Assembly: GCA_038496445.1 (NCBI GenBank)
Contig: JALMLS010000204.1
Span: forward strand, 368,513 to 432,512
Length of the DNA: 64,000 nucleotides
Direction of reading: 5' to 3'
From: Trichosphaerium sp. ATCC 40318
Lineage: Eukaryota > Protista > Tubulinea
Positions 13,505 through 26,448 of the stretch are shown one piece after another (the first letter of the stretch is position 1; each line of letters starts with the position of its first letter). The notes beneath the pieces were generated by a model that saw nothing but the letters and a program-made list of their open reading frames with translations, was not told the DNA's origin and made no database searches. The position numbers and the translations under genes are program-made.

Positions 13505-14927
13505 ATGGAGCCAACAACCAGTACCATTACTACCGCAGACGTACCAAAAGCGCCTGAAAATAATGTATGTAACATTACAAGAGAATTCAGAATTAAAACA
13601 AAGTAGGAAACAATGTTGAACACAATTGAAGAGGCGTTCAAAGTCATTGATAGAGCTAACAACAAGCTTGGGACAACTAAAAAGCCTTTGATAGTAGAAA
13701 ACCCTACAGAGCCAACAAAAACGGCAAATTTATGGATGGATAAATGCCATATGTGTAGTAATACCAACGCAAAGTACAGATGTCCTCGTTGTGACATACC
13801 GTTTTGTTGTGTAGCGTGCTCCAAAGCCCACAAAGAAGCAACAGGGTACTGCCGATCTTATCTAAGCGCTGAAACTAATATTTTGAGTAGATGTAGTGGA
13901 ATTCGAGATAGAACAAAGTACATACCATACTCAGAGTACCGAGATTCAGCGTTTTACAGTGGTGAGTGCTCAAGTAAAACTTGATTTTTTTCTTCCGTCA
14001 GTTCATCGTTGATGACTAACTTGTGTTTTTTACTACACAGATTACAACTTTATTTCTACTGCGCAAAAGAAGCTTAAAAGTTATCGTGAAGCTAATAAGT
14101 CGAGAAACGGACGTGATAGGAGACCTAAGGATAGAAAGCAAGGTTCCAAAGCATCTCTTATAAAGCGCATAGCTAAAGACAAGGTTAGTTGAAAAATCAG
14201 TCTTTGTTGAACAACGACAATTTACTTTTGTTGTAGGATATTCACTGGCGTTTTTTACCTGATTTTACATCAAAAAGGAAAGATAATACTACTTGGGTGA
14301 ACTCACGTGCTAAAATTATACACTGGCGAATCACATGGGCATTTGTTCTTGACAAGAAAGAGATAATAACTAATGAGTACGATTGCTTTTTGTTTACTTT
14401 TTTAGGGTTTTTTTGCTTACTTGTTTCATAGTGTACAAGATAATAAAATGCTTGGTGATGTAATCGCACAAGTCATTAAAGATAACAAAGATGATTTACC
14501 GAGTTATCAAAACTTAACAGCACAGGAGATGGCTATTTTTTGTTTCAGAAACAGGACAGACTGTTATTTTATGCATAAAGAATTACCACAAGAAGAATCT
14601 CTTGCTACTGGTCTCAGTGACTTGAAAATTGTAGAATGGCCACGTATTATAGTAACAAATACAGTAAATGATAGTGAATTTCGACAAACATGGAAGGCTT
14701 GGAAGGATAAGCCAATGCCCGGAAAAGAAAAAAATAAGAAAGAAGACGAAGAAAGCGAGTCCGAGTCCGACTCTGATAGCGATTCTGATTCATCTGAAGA
14801 GTCTTCAAGTGAGGAGTCTGATTCTAACGGTTCTGAAAAACAAACTAAAAATATAAAACGAAGCGGAGAAACACTACTAAACAAAGACAACAAAAGACAA
14901 AAACTTGAAGTAAAAACTGAGGAGTGA
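13505..14927 (+). CDS. BCD1: Box C/D snoRNA assembly protein BCD1/ZNHIT6
   Basis: zf-HIT CHMC...KYRCPRCDIPFCCVACSKAHK, followed by CSGIRDRTKYIP...FYSDYNF; later IVEWPRI; acidic tail. Confidence 0.85.
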
Positions 14928-15060
14928 AATAAAAACAAAAAAATAAAAATACGCGTTTATGGAACTCTACAATGTGAAATGTTTGATTTATGCTTAACGA
15001 AGTTTGTGTGACATACAAAGTGTGTAGAATATAAACAAAAATAATAAAAAAACCCAGACA

Positions 15061-15967
15061 TCAGTTGTAGTCATCATCCTCAAAACCGTCATCAAAAGTA
15101 TTACCTTCGTCTCCCCAGATAATCCTACAAAATAGTTGTTAAACGCACACGTGATTTATTGGACGTACTCATCATCATCTTCTAACATCCAATCAGGTGT
15201 ATCGTCCTTTTTAAATGCATCTGTAGGAGTATTCCAAATAGACCTTCAAAAGCTTAGTTTTCGAAAAAACTCGAAATTTCTCTTTTTTTCAAACCAAAAA
15301 GGAGGATTCGTACTGTTGTGCTTGCTCTTGTCTGACTTCTCTTGCTGCACCTCTCATACGTTGCATAAATAATCTACCAAATTCAGGTGGTACTTGTCCG
15401 TGGGTTATACTTCTGTTTATCTTATATACAAGAGGATAAGTAGACTTTGTTTGCTGCTGACAAGACCAAATAGACATTTCACTGGTTATTGATGATATTG
15501 CCGGTCCAATGCCTAACCGTTTTGTAAGTTGTGAGTTCACTCGGGTATAACTGACGCACATAAAGCAGCGAAACCACGAATAACAGAAGAGCCTAGTTTT
15601 TGGTATGAGTCGTTAACGGTTAAGCGTAATAACGCGTGAAACACGCGTACTTACCTCTCACACCGTAGAAAGCACCAGCTCCACAGAGTAATCCGAAACC
15701 GAGCGTCTGGTACAGTCAATATCAACGAAAAACGTCATTTTAGTACCTGGTACAACCTAAGAGGGCATGTGCGCTTCATTTCAAAATAACCTTTTATTTG
15801 CTGGTCTAACATTGGTATTTAGCATAAATATGAACTCAAAGGGACATTTCCATACCTGTTACTTGGCTTGCTGCTTGATTCCAGTCAAAATTTTCATCCA
15901 ATGGCTCATCATGTTGTGGAAACACTGGCGCTTTAAGTGCGCCAATAGTGGAAGAGCTAGCACCCAT
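15061..15967 (-). CDS. Hypothetical membrane-associated protein with N-myristoylation motif
   Basis: MGASSST start; hydrophobic TLGFGLLCGAGAFYGV; acidic C-terminus; consistent GT-AG splicing. Confidence 0.6.
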
Positions 15968-16057
15968 GGCAGAACAGTAAGAAATCAGACAGTCAACGGT
16001 TTTCGTTCAACACGAAAAAATAAGAAAACAGACATTTATTGCGCCACTTGATTTGAC

Positions 16058-17405
16058 ATGGCGCAAATAGCTCAAAAGGATTTAATCAATGGGTTTTTGC
16101 TCTACAACACAATACAAGATCGGTACGTTAGTTACACGACAGGCAGCGCTCAAATGTTCGCGATAGGTGTCGTGGAATAGCCCCGCGTTGTATACCAAGC
16201 ACACCAGCAATATTGAATTATGAAACAAATGTGAGAAAAGCTGTACGCGGTGCTACAGGTGCGTTTTTTCGAATAAACTATATCCTCACATGCTTTAGAG
16301 AGTACCCGCGCGGCTACGGGCGTTTGTGACGGTTGTGGTTCTTACACCAAGCTTTGGTGTTCTCCGCAATGGGCAGTAAACATGAAGCATAAGAATCTGA
16401 TCGTAGAACCACCAAAGGTACGCCCAAAACTTTTTTGATTGTAATGACCGACTAACGGGCTCCAGGAGCTTTGTAAACAATGTAAAGAACTACTAAATAC
16501 CGCTGACTTCATAAACAAAAGTATGCGAAACGACAAATCTAAGGTCCGCGCTTGCAATGCAATAAAATTATTTTCTAAATATTGGAGCATATAGATAGAC
16601 GCTACGCTAGATCATTTTGCTAGAACAAACGGCATTAGCGAAAACTCACGCGAAGAATTTATACGTTCTGTCCAAACACAATATAATGCAGCTTACGCGT
16701 TACGTGTATTTTTGGTTGATTTTATTGACGACTTTTCAATCGTCTCACGCGAGGTACATACCGTCATACACGTGTTACTATTTTTGCTTTTTGGTTTTTT
16801 TGGGAAGAAAAAAACGAACTGTACTTTGACAGAAAAAGCTCAGGAATAACTTCGTTTATGACGCTATGCATGTGTTCTAGTAACGCAGGTTTTTGTTTCT
16901 TCAAAAAATGCTGTCATGTGTCGCCATGCTCTATTTTTTACCGAAAAGGATCGGTTATTGATTTGTTTTTTAGGGAGTTATAAATCCAGCCGTTGAGTCT
17001 TTAGAGTATGTTAAACCAAACCCTACGCTTGAAAAAGACACTACAGCACCTACACCCATTTTAAACCGAAAAAAGTCAAAACGCAACTCTTCTTCATCCA
17101 AGGCGAAAAAATCAAACGAAAACAATCAAAAGAATAACGCCCAGAAGATGAAAAAACAGGGTGGAGTGACAAAACAACCAAGAAAGTTGAACGAAGCTCA
17201 AACAACAACAAAAACTAAAAAAAAATCAAACACAAAACAAAGGGTTAGTAGTACAGCTACTACGCCTCCTTCGAAGAGAAAAATATCAAAGAAACGTAAA
17301 AAGAGTACAGACTCTGGTAGGAAACAATCAAAACGTGCAAAAAAGGTTCGAGTTCAAGACCGTGACGACATGCAAGCAGTTGCTGCCTTTTTGAATGGGT
17401 CTTAA
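16058..17405 (+). CDS. Hypothetical protein with CxxC...CxxC (degenerate HNH-like) domain and Lys-rich tail
   Basis: Spliced GVCDGCGSYTKLWCSPQWAVN...ELCKQCKELL...LDHFARTNG. Confidence 0.6.
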
Positions 17406-17636
17406 GTTACTCAAACACTATGCCCTTAACAGTTGCCAACAATTGAAGAAATATCTCAAAAAATACCCCCAAGAGTTGTACATAAATAAAAGATTGAAGG
17501 CAAGTCATAAGTGAGAAGAGGTTTTCGTAAAAACGGGCGAAATTTCACTGTCTTTTCGAGCACTTGCAAACCGGACTAAAAAGTTGTACCGCGGTCAAAA
17601 TAGTTTAACCGGGCTCCGGTACGGGGAAAGTATTAG

Positions 17637-18535
17637 ATGGAATACACAGACGGCAATAAACTAATGGCGTCTGCTACTACCGCGACTCAGTTCTTCCATG
17701 ATGTTAACTTCTGGAACAACAGAGCTGGGACACTGTCAACGAAAAAGACTTTCAGCAATATTTTCTTGCGTCAAAGTTTAATGAAAATTGTTAAGGTAAT
17801 GCCTCAACCAAAGCAAGGAGAAATAGTTTTAGATATCGGATGCGGTGATGGAAATGGTTTGATTGTACTTGAAGAGACATATGGAGACTGTGGGGCTTCC
17901 TTTCATGGCGTGGATTTTGCCCCTAAAATGATCTCTTGGTGTGAAGGCTTAAAACTGCCAAACGTAACAAAACTTGAGGTACTGCAATAGCTTGATTAAG
18001 CTCTTACTAACTATATCCAAGGTCCAAGATGCATGTAAGATGGACAAATTAACATCCGACACGTACCATCACGTGATAAGTACTTTTTGTTTGGAGTTCG
18101 TAAAGGATCACGTGAGCGCATTCAAAGAACTTTTCAGAGTAATGAAGAAAGGGTCAAAGGCGTATGTTGTAGCATGGTCAGGGCAGACACCTTTTGCAGC
18201 TATTCAAGCGATTACAAAGAAGTTTGCACCTGAAGACCCTAGAGCAGCACTTGGATATAACAAACCGTTCCTAAGTAGCGAGGAGTACTTCAAAAGTGTT
18301 GTAGCAAAAGCTGGTTTTACTATTGATAAAATGGAGGTTGGCTACCAAGGGACGTTCGACGCTTGGTATACCCTTGTTGAACCAGAAATTGTTCGAAGAA
18401 TTTCTTTAGAGAACGTAGAAGGGTTAACCCTTAAAGAAAGTGGCAAGGGATACAATACAAGACTTATTTGGTATTGATGACGGAAAGTTTACTCAAAAGT
18501 GCCCATGTTGGTTGCTAGTAGCTAATAAAAATTAA
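17637..18535 (+). CDS. Class I SAM-dependent methyltransferase, 3 exons
   Basis: VLDIGCGDG, GVDFAP, QDA, YHHVISTFCLEFV, ELFRVMKKG. Predicted intron 18337-18436 restores the C-terminus ...CWLLVANKN. Confidence 0.85.
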
Positions 18536-18887
18536 GTAACCTTTAGTTCTATTATATTTCGACAACATGAATTAGAAATTCGACCTCGAAGAAAAGTACT
18601 AGCGTTTCTTTTTCCCTTGCTAGCGTTTATTTATTGTGTTTTTTTCTCGAGATTCGTAATGTCAACTTGATATCTACCAAGTTCGCTGCTACTATATTAT
18701 GAAAGCCTCTTTGTTAAACTTTGTTGGTACACAAACAACACACAGTTTTCTCTTTCAAAAAAATAGTACAGAGACTTGCGTTGATTTAGGTAACTAAAAT
18801 TAGCTGAAAGAACTAAACCAATGAACCTCAGCAGAAATACATTTTAAGTCACCTCTGGAACACCTGTATTAAAATTCACAACACGTG

Positions 18888-21151
18888 ATGAAAACAAAAA
18901 GTAAAAACCTGAAAACCTGTACATATTATTGGCGGGTAGCTTTGTTCTTGTTCGCCCTAGCGCCGCTAGCTAATGGCTCACTCTCATGGTCTCAAAACGG
19001 AGTAACTGGTACGTTATTAACTACACAACGTTGCGTGGCATACGCTTTATATCGTGCGATCAGGTTTTAATAATCAAAACCCAAATAATTAAAACCCATT
19101 GACAGCTTTATTATTTTCAAACCTTACAATTTTGGACGTAAGGACGCGAAACTGTACTAACGTACTTTGTAGAGCACGCGAATGCGCCTTTTCTGGACTT
19201 TAACGGAGTTCAGGGTATTCCTAATACAACACTGGATGGCGTATTATGTAACGCAGAAACAACGGTACATTCGACTCCGAATCTGAAACTGCTCAAAGTC
19301 GAACAAGTTTGTTGGCTTTTTTTGCTCTTTTTAAATTTCTTGCTGCGTTACGCCTCGCTGTACCGCTAATTAACGATTTATAGTATCTATGCGCGAATGA
19401 GAGCGTACATTTCTTATTCGTAAATTTTGAGCAAAGCACACTGGACAGAGCTATAGACTCGGTGCTAGCGATACTTAGCGACCAAGCAGCTATAATTTTG
19501 GGATCAAGTGACAGTTGCGTAAAAAACTTGACACGTGACTACAAAAATTGAATGTAACTTTTATACGTTAGTCATAGAAGGGCGCGGTAGATATTTATAC
19601 GATGTGAATCCAAGCGGAATGACAACTATTCCTATTTACGAAGTTAACGAGAAAGCTGCAAAAGAATTAAAAAGCCTTCTTGAATCAGTCTCTAGAATCG
19701 ACGTAACACTCACCACTGGTGGTTAGTACACTAAAATCTTACAGAATGTCGTTCGTAGTTAAGTACTTATCACCTTTTGATAGACGTAAATCCTTGGCAA
19801 CAGTTGGCAGAGTCACCGTGGAGTGTTTTATTACAAATACTATTATTACTACCTCCATGTGGATGTTTTGCTTTTGTTGGCATAGTAGCGTATACTCACT
19901 TCCAATACCACGATAAAAATGTTATTATACCCAGAATTGTAATAGGACTGCACCTGTTTGCTCTTTTGTGCACGTGTTTTTCTGCTTTTTCTAGAAACTA
20001 TACGTTCTTTAAAGTTTCTGATTTCCTATTATAGCAATAATTGTAATGTCCACTGACTATCAAATACGAAATCTACTACCTGGCACGATGATACTTATAA
20101 TGTTAGACATGTCCGTAGCACCAACTGTCATTGGTACCTCGAGTGTTAAAGATGGCTAGAATTCTAATTATTTGTCTTCAATAGCTACACTTCTGGTAAC
20201 TTTGGCTTGGCAAGATGCACTTACAGCAAGGAATCTTGAGGTTAAGGAATTCCTCTCTAAAAGGTTACGCATAGTCTTCATATGCATAGCTGTATTCTTG
20301 GGGACAGTATACGTACTAAGCGTTTTTTCGCGAATATTTATAGATGGTGGATACTTCGGATATGTGGCTGGCGCTCTAGCAGTGCTAATAGTCATTGGTA
20401 TGTTCTAAATCCTCATTTTTAAATTACAACACAGGGAATGTTTTCATTGCTTTTACTTAATACTCCTTCCTCTTAACGTTTCAAGATGACTCATATATTA
20501 TAGGTATGCTTGTGTTTAAATTTACAACAGCATACTCGATCGGTAAACAGTTGTATGCCTTTCAGAAGGAGACTGACAGTGGTTCACATAAGTTTCTGAA
20601 TAGAGTATGTACATATCCCCTTTTCTTAAGAGTACAATCTAATACATAGAGTAGCTTAGATGGCGAATGGTGCTTGTAGGAGTATCATATTTTACGTATA
20701 TTATTGGGTTAGTGGTTATTATTTCTGGTGTTGTTGGAACTCCCATAGGTAGGTTTTTGGGTTATTTTTCGCTCTTAGCCTGACCGTTTGAGTAGGGTTC
20801 TTTTGTGTTGGGTTACTTATTTTTCCGTCAGTATCTATGGTTGCTGTTGCACAAGTACAAACTTTTTACCAACATAGCAAGTCTATCAAAAGTGCTTCGT
20901 CTTCTAAAGTTCGTCCAAACTCTACTTCTGCATCAACGATTAAGTTAGCTGCTATACAATCTGTGCCAAACATTAATGGTGTTGGAAACAGCTCGTTCCT
21001 TAAAGAAACAGACAGTGATGATGGGAACGAAGAAGAGGGTTCTCAAAGCAATAAATCTACTTCAGATTGTGAGAGCACAACATCAGCAAAGATGGAGAAT
21101 ATAAGAACAAAGACACGTGTTCAAAAAGTTAATTCAACAATAGAGCTATAA
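18888..21151 (+). CDS. Signal peptide + PA-like ectodomain + ~7TM receptor-like protein
   Basis: Signal VALFLFALAPLANG; PA-like TTIPIYEVNEKAAKELKSLL...VTLTTGDVNPW; about seven hydrophobic segments; Ser-rich tail. Confidence 0.6.
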
Positions 21152-22026
21152 TAAGTAACTTTAATCTGTAGTATAATAAAAAAACCCTCAAGTTAACTTA
21201 ATTAAGGATACAAAGAGATCTATCGTAACTGACACAGATGAAAAAGTATCTAGTTAAAACCTTTGGTGTTATTTCCTTACTGATCCCATGCTATACGCTG
21301 GTAGTGAACCAAAGTTTGTAAGTGCAACTCAAGCAATTACTTGAACTTTTTTTTTGCAACAGCCTGTCTTAGCATTGGTTGCTGGTACCGATTCTTATGA
21401 TATCTCCATACACAACAGCAACTTCTTTAACAACTCGTAAGTCAAAAAAACACGTAGGTTGATGAGAAAACTGTTTCTTTTTTTTGTTCTAATTCATCAA
21501 AATGACAGGTTGCACTTTTGATACTAGCACCTCCATTTGGCGTACAATATAATACCTCAGAGAAGTTCACAATGACTTGGCCTGAACATTCAACAATAGA
21601 ATTCGGGGTTTTGCTAACAAACCCAAGTGCGTTTTTATTTATCTCTATTGTTTTCATTTGTTGTTTACAAATAGCATCCTCTGTATGTTGGTAAAATGAG
21701 ACGCTAATATAATTACATCTCCAACATACAAGGTCAGCATTTTAAGTCAGTCACTGACTTATTGAACAGTACAACAATTTTGGTTTTTTGTCGAAAATCA
21801 ACCTTGCGAAGTGGACAACTTCAAGCCAGTTTAACTCAATTACGTCAAAAACACAAAATTGAGTAAACTTCTGGAACTGTGCGTGTATCGTAGGCTTGAT
21901 AACAAAAGCCATGCAGCACTTAAATCACAATCGTGTAAATTCAGAAGCAACTTCGGAAAAAATGTTAACTTAAGTTGGCAACATACCTTACCTTGGGTAA
22001 ACACGTGTACTAGCGAACCATTTATT

Positions 22027-22654
22027 ATGTCTCTTCCTATTCCTTTTGGCGATTTTGCCTATCCTGTGATTGTTAACGCTATAGCTATCATAGTATACCA
22101 ATCTTTTGCTGCTGCCGTTGGCGGTGTTCGTAGAAAGTACAAGGTAGGCGATAACGCAGCACAGTTTGTTTTTTCCGCGTTTATTGACCAAAAAAATGGT
22201 TATAGGTCGCTCCACCGAACATGAATGGCCCAGAACCATTCCTACGAGTATTGCGAGTACAATTAAATACATCAGAGCAATTGGTACCATTCGTGTACGT
22301 ATTTGTTACCGACACGTGTTTCGAACGTTTTGCGTGCTTATCAAGACCTTTCTTCGCAAGCTTTTGGCGCCTTTTTTTTCTCGGCATGAAAATAATGTAA
22401 TCACGTGTTTTCCATGTTACCTAAGAAAATATTGTAGGACTGGATTATGGATGTTCTCTATATTTGTAAGCCCAAAAATTGGAGCAGGATTAGGCGCTGT
22501 TTGGATCCTTCTTCGTTTGTTGTATCAGTATATTTACACAAGTGGTGCTCCTATCGGAAATGTTTTATTCGCTACTATTCCCGGATATGTATGTCTACTA
22601 CTCATGCACATTGGATCAATGGTTGCTGCTATTATGTCACTCATGAAACCCTGA
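22027..22654 (+). CDS. MAPEG family protein (microsomal GST/LTC4 synthase-like)
   Basis: VGGVRRKYKVAPP...FLRVLRVQLNTSEQLVPF...GLGAVWILLRLLYQYIY. Confidence 0.88.
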
Positions 22655-22752
22655 AAAATATAATCGGTTATAACTCCAGCACATGTTTTTGAATACAACT
22701 TTGTTTTTATTTACAGCAGTTTTTCTGATTTTTTTCCGGTCCCTATGGACCG

Positions 22753-25182
22753 TCATATCATGAGCATTAGTGGTTCATCTGACATTGTATTTAAGCAACC
22801 GTCTAAAGGATCGAAATCAAACTGTGAATGAAAACTATTTGTAGTATCCGGTGAAGTTATGTCTTGTTCTAGATTTAATAAGTCTTTGTTCTCCCCTATC
22901 TGAGCAACCATTGTTTCTATGTTTTCATCAATAGGACTTACATCCATACCACATGCTTTTGATCCCATACCACGTTTCAAAGGCTAAAAAGAAAAGACCA
23001 ACGTTAGAAAACAAAAAATAAAGAAAAAAAGGTGTTGTAACTACAAAAAGGCTCGCGGTGCTGTGACTGTACATAAGCAGTGTCACTGGCATATTAAAAC
23101 GTATTTTTGACAAGGAAAGAAGCAAGTATTTGCGCTTTATCATGAAGTAAAAGAGATGTTATGGTGGTTCGAACAAGTGTTCAGACCTCCTCCGAGATGA
23201 CCAAAATCGTCTAACTGAGGGAAAAAAAAAACGTACCCCAATAAAGTTACCAACCATAGGATAAATATCAGCAAACTTATCAAGCATTTCGAGTAATACG
23301 TCTTTGTGTGGAGGCTCTTGACCCCAAATATTATAGACAGAAAGTGCTCTACTTATACCAAAGCATATAAAAGGGTACATTGGTATACCTTGATCATGAA
23401 CAGACTTTATAAAGTCTGTTATTGTATTAGCAGCCATTAGTGCCTTATCTCTTATTTTTAACACTGTATAAATCTTTGCTGTTGATGTTAATGTATAGAA
23501 TTGGTTCACGTGATCCATTGTATTTGAAAGTCTTATAGCTTCATCCAAGTGATCATTACAACGTATATAACTCTCAGGTGATTTATCAATGAGCCATTGT
23601 TCAGCCTACAAAAAACTTAGAGGAAAAAACGAAAATAAACTAAGCCAAAGAGTCGTGATGGTTTTTTGGTTTTGACTGACTCCAAGACACTCACTGCAAG
23701 GTTCACTGCGAGTTTACTTGGTTTGTTTGATTATTTACCTCCATGAGTGCAAGTCCTTCGTGGACATTCTTTAATGGTATGGCATTACAACCAACTGAAT
23801 CTGCTGGTATAATTTGTACAACTTCTTCATAAAGCCTCAACAGTCTTATTTTTACATCTGCAAATGTATCGTTACTATCGCACAATTCTCTACTAATCAA
23901 AGAATGTAAAGCCATAGTATAAGCTTCTTCATTATTGTAACAAGCAACACCTAACAAAAAATTAAAAAAACGTGCTGTAAACTCATCATCAAGGTTTTTT
24001 TTTTGTACACGTACCATAACGAAGCTTTCTTACAGATCGCAGAAACATTAACATATCATCGCCTTTGGCCATATTCATCTTTGCGTCGTCATGGTTTCCT
24101 AGTGAAACTTCGTACAGCCCAATAATTAGAGTAGCCTCTGAAACAAACACGTGAGATTCTATTAATATCAAAAAAAGAAAATACGAACCAGCACGTTGGA
24201 AATTGGGAGGTCCTTGAATTCTATGTTGACAATCAGCTGCTAACTGAGCATAGTGTCGAGCTTGTTCCATCTGTTTATTGTATAAATGTAACGTTGCAAG
24301 CTTAGCATAAAGTAGAATATTTGTGTTCGTTGCTAAAGATTGAATTAATTTAATTAGCTGTTACTGGTCATCCTTACGTTTTCGCGCAAAGAAATCGTCA
24401 AAAACGATTTCAGGTTGCAATGTGGGTGGTAAACCTATGCCCATGAACTGGCTGTATCCATTTATACGTGATTGTATATCAAACGCCCTTGTTAACTTTG
24501 TAGTTGATAAAGATACGGAGTATTGCTATTAATAGTTAAACACGTGGTAAGAGAAGACAAAAAAAAAATTATTCTTACTATCGGCTGTTGGGTGGCTTTT
24601 CTCTTTCTTGATACGAGTTGATTTGTATTGGTACTATCAAGAGATTGTTTATATCGTGCTTGCATTGCTTTTTGGTGAGCGATTGCTGCTTCGAGTTCTT
24701 TGATCCTGTTTAGTTGAGCTGAGTTATTAGAAACGCCTTGGAAACGTTGTTAGTGGTTTTTGTTCAACAATGAAAAAGTTTCATTTTGACGTTATTTTTA
24801 AACGCTTCTGTGTCGCGGAGACGCGGTTAAAAAATATTGCAGCAGTCCGTAGGTTACTGATAGCCTTTGGAAAGACTTAAAAAGGATTTTTATCGAGTTT
24901 GTAATTTTTACTGCACGTTTTCAACGCAATGCGCTGGATAACGACTACAGTCGCTAATCGACGCGTTTACAAGACTGTGTAGAGTTTGTATTAATTTAGA
25001 AATTACCTTTTTTACGGCCACGGTGCTTTGGCGGAGCGTATTGGCATTGTATTTTAGCTTTTGTGCAATTTGCTACACCAAAGTTAGTACGTCGTGTACA
25101 AACTCACACTCGCACCGCATGGTTGCTGTTTATCGCACTTTAAGTGCTTAGTTCTGCATGTTTTACAAGCGTGCTTCTTCAT
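22753..25182 (-). CDS. Zn(II)2Cys6 binuclear-cluster transcription factor
   Basis: ACKTCRTKHLKCDKQQPC|ANCTKAKIQCQY...KHRGRKK after splicing, followed by a helical region. Confidence 0.85.
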
Positions 25183-25620
25183 CTGTTGTTCTCGGGAATT
25201 AAACTTGTCCGCCCTTGTTTTTTTATCGCAAAATAGAAATGTGGTCAATTGGAGTCGAGCTGACTGTTTGCGTTTCTCTGAAAACGACGACATCTAATTT
25301 TTTTGATGTCTGATGTCATTCTTATGCATTTTTATACTGCCCGTGGTAGTGTCCGGGGTATTTCGCATATATATGCTACAACCACGTGTTTTTTTGTTCA
25401 ATTTCAGTGCAACTGTGAGTTCAGTTTTGTCTGTTTTTCAAATAATGTAATACTGACCTTTGTTGTTGTAGCATTGGCGTCTAAGATGACTTACGTAGCA
25501 TTTTTTAGAATTACTAACACCATAATTACGTTTTGAAAACGTGACCATAAGACTCTTGATCTTAAAATAATGAGTTTATTCGAAATTTTGTACATGTAGC
25601 AAGAGTTGCTACTTTGCGTT

Positions 25621-26161
25621 CTATCTGAATTTGTTTGTACAAACGCTAAATACAGCTTCATTTGTAACGTCACATTTTCTACCTGCTTGCATGCTCACTG
25701 AGATGCCCTGTAGACACGGATCAGTTTTGTTTCTACTTCAATATGTTTGACGTACTTGAAAGAGGGACTTTAAATACATCCTGGTACATGTGTACAACAT
25801 TCTGTGTTTGACACCAGACTTCATAGGACACCAATAAAAGAATACTGTCTTAGATCTTTTACCGTCTGAGCCAAGGTCATACTTGTATGAAAACAAGACA
25901 TATCTTGGTTCATCTTCTGGTAGCGTTTCAACAAGTGTTTGCCAATCATCACCTTCTGTTCCCTGTGTTTCAATGACAACACGTGAATGATTGTTGACTA
26001 GTTTGTAAACAATGTAAGGACTTCCTTTGCCCATCTTGAACCTAACAAAGACGGTTAGGAAGAAGAGAAGGGACGAGTGTTGTTGAGAAAAAAAGCGCTC
26101 ACTTTTCAAATGCTGGGATACAGTCGTCATTTAGTTGTGTTTGGACTTGTAGTACGCTCAT
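25621..26161 (-). CDS. ADF/cofilin-family actin-binding protein
   Basis: LNDDCIPAFEKFKMGK...YIVYKL...LPEDEPRY...KRSKTVFFYWCP...VKHRMLY. Confidence 0.9.
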
Positions 26162-26448
26162 GATGTTTGCTTTATAGTTGTTGTAAATTATGGTTCTAGT
26201 TTGCTAACTTCCAATACGAAGATGGAAGTACGCAATGTTTTTTTCGTTGCAAAAACTCATTACAAAATAGGAAGAAAAAACTTCCATTCACAGAACGTCA
26301 AGTGTCAATAATTTCGTGGTTTTTTATTTCTGATAGCTCACTTGAACTACGTGGCAAACATGTGTCTGTTGCGTAGTAGCTATGAATACGTACTTTAATG
26401 CGAATACAGTAATCGCACTTAACAGTAAACGCGCTGTATTAACGCATA

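Noticed and set aside
21260-21740. Possible Cys-containing gene on the minus strand (ORF 21442-21657)
   Set aside because: Could not build a stop-free spliced model or recognise a domain; perhaps a pseudogene.
23160-23200. tRNA suggested by GGTTCGAA
   Set aside because: No cloverleaf or A box; lies in a hairpin-containing intron of the Zn2Cys6 gene.
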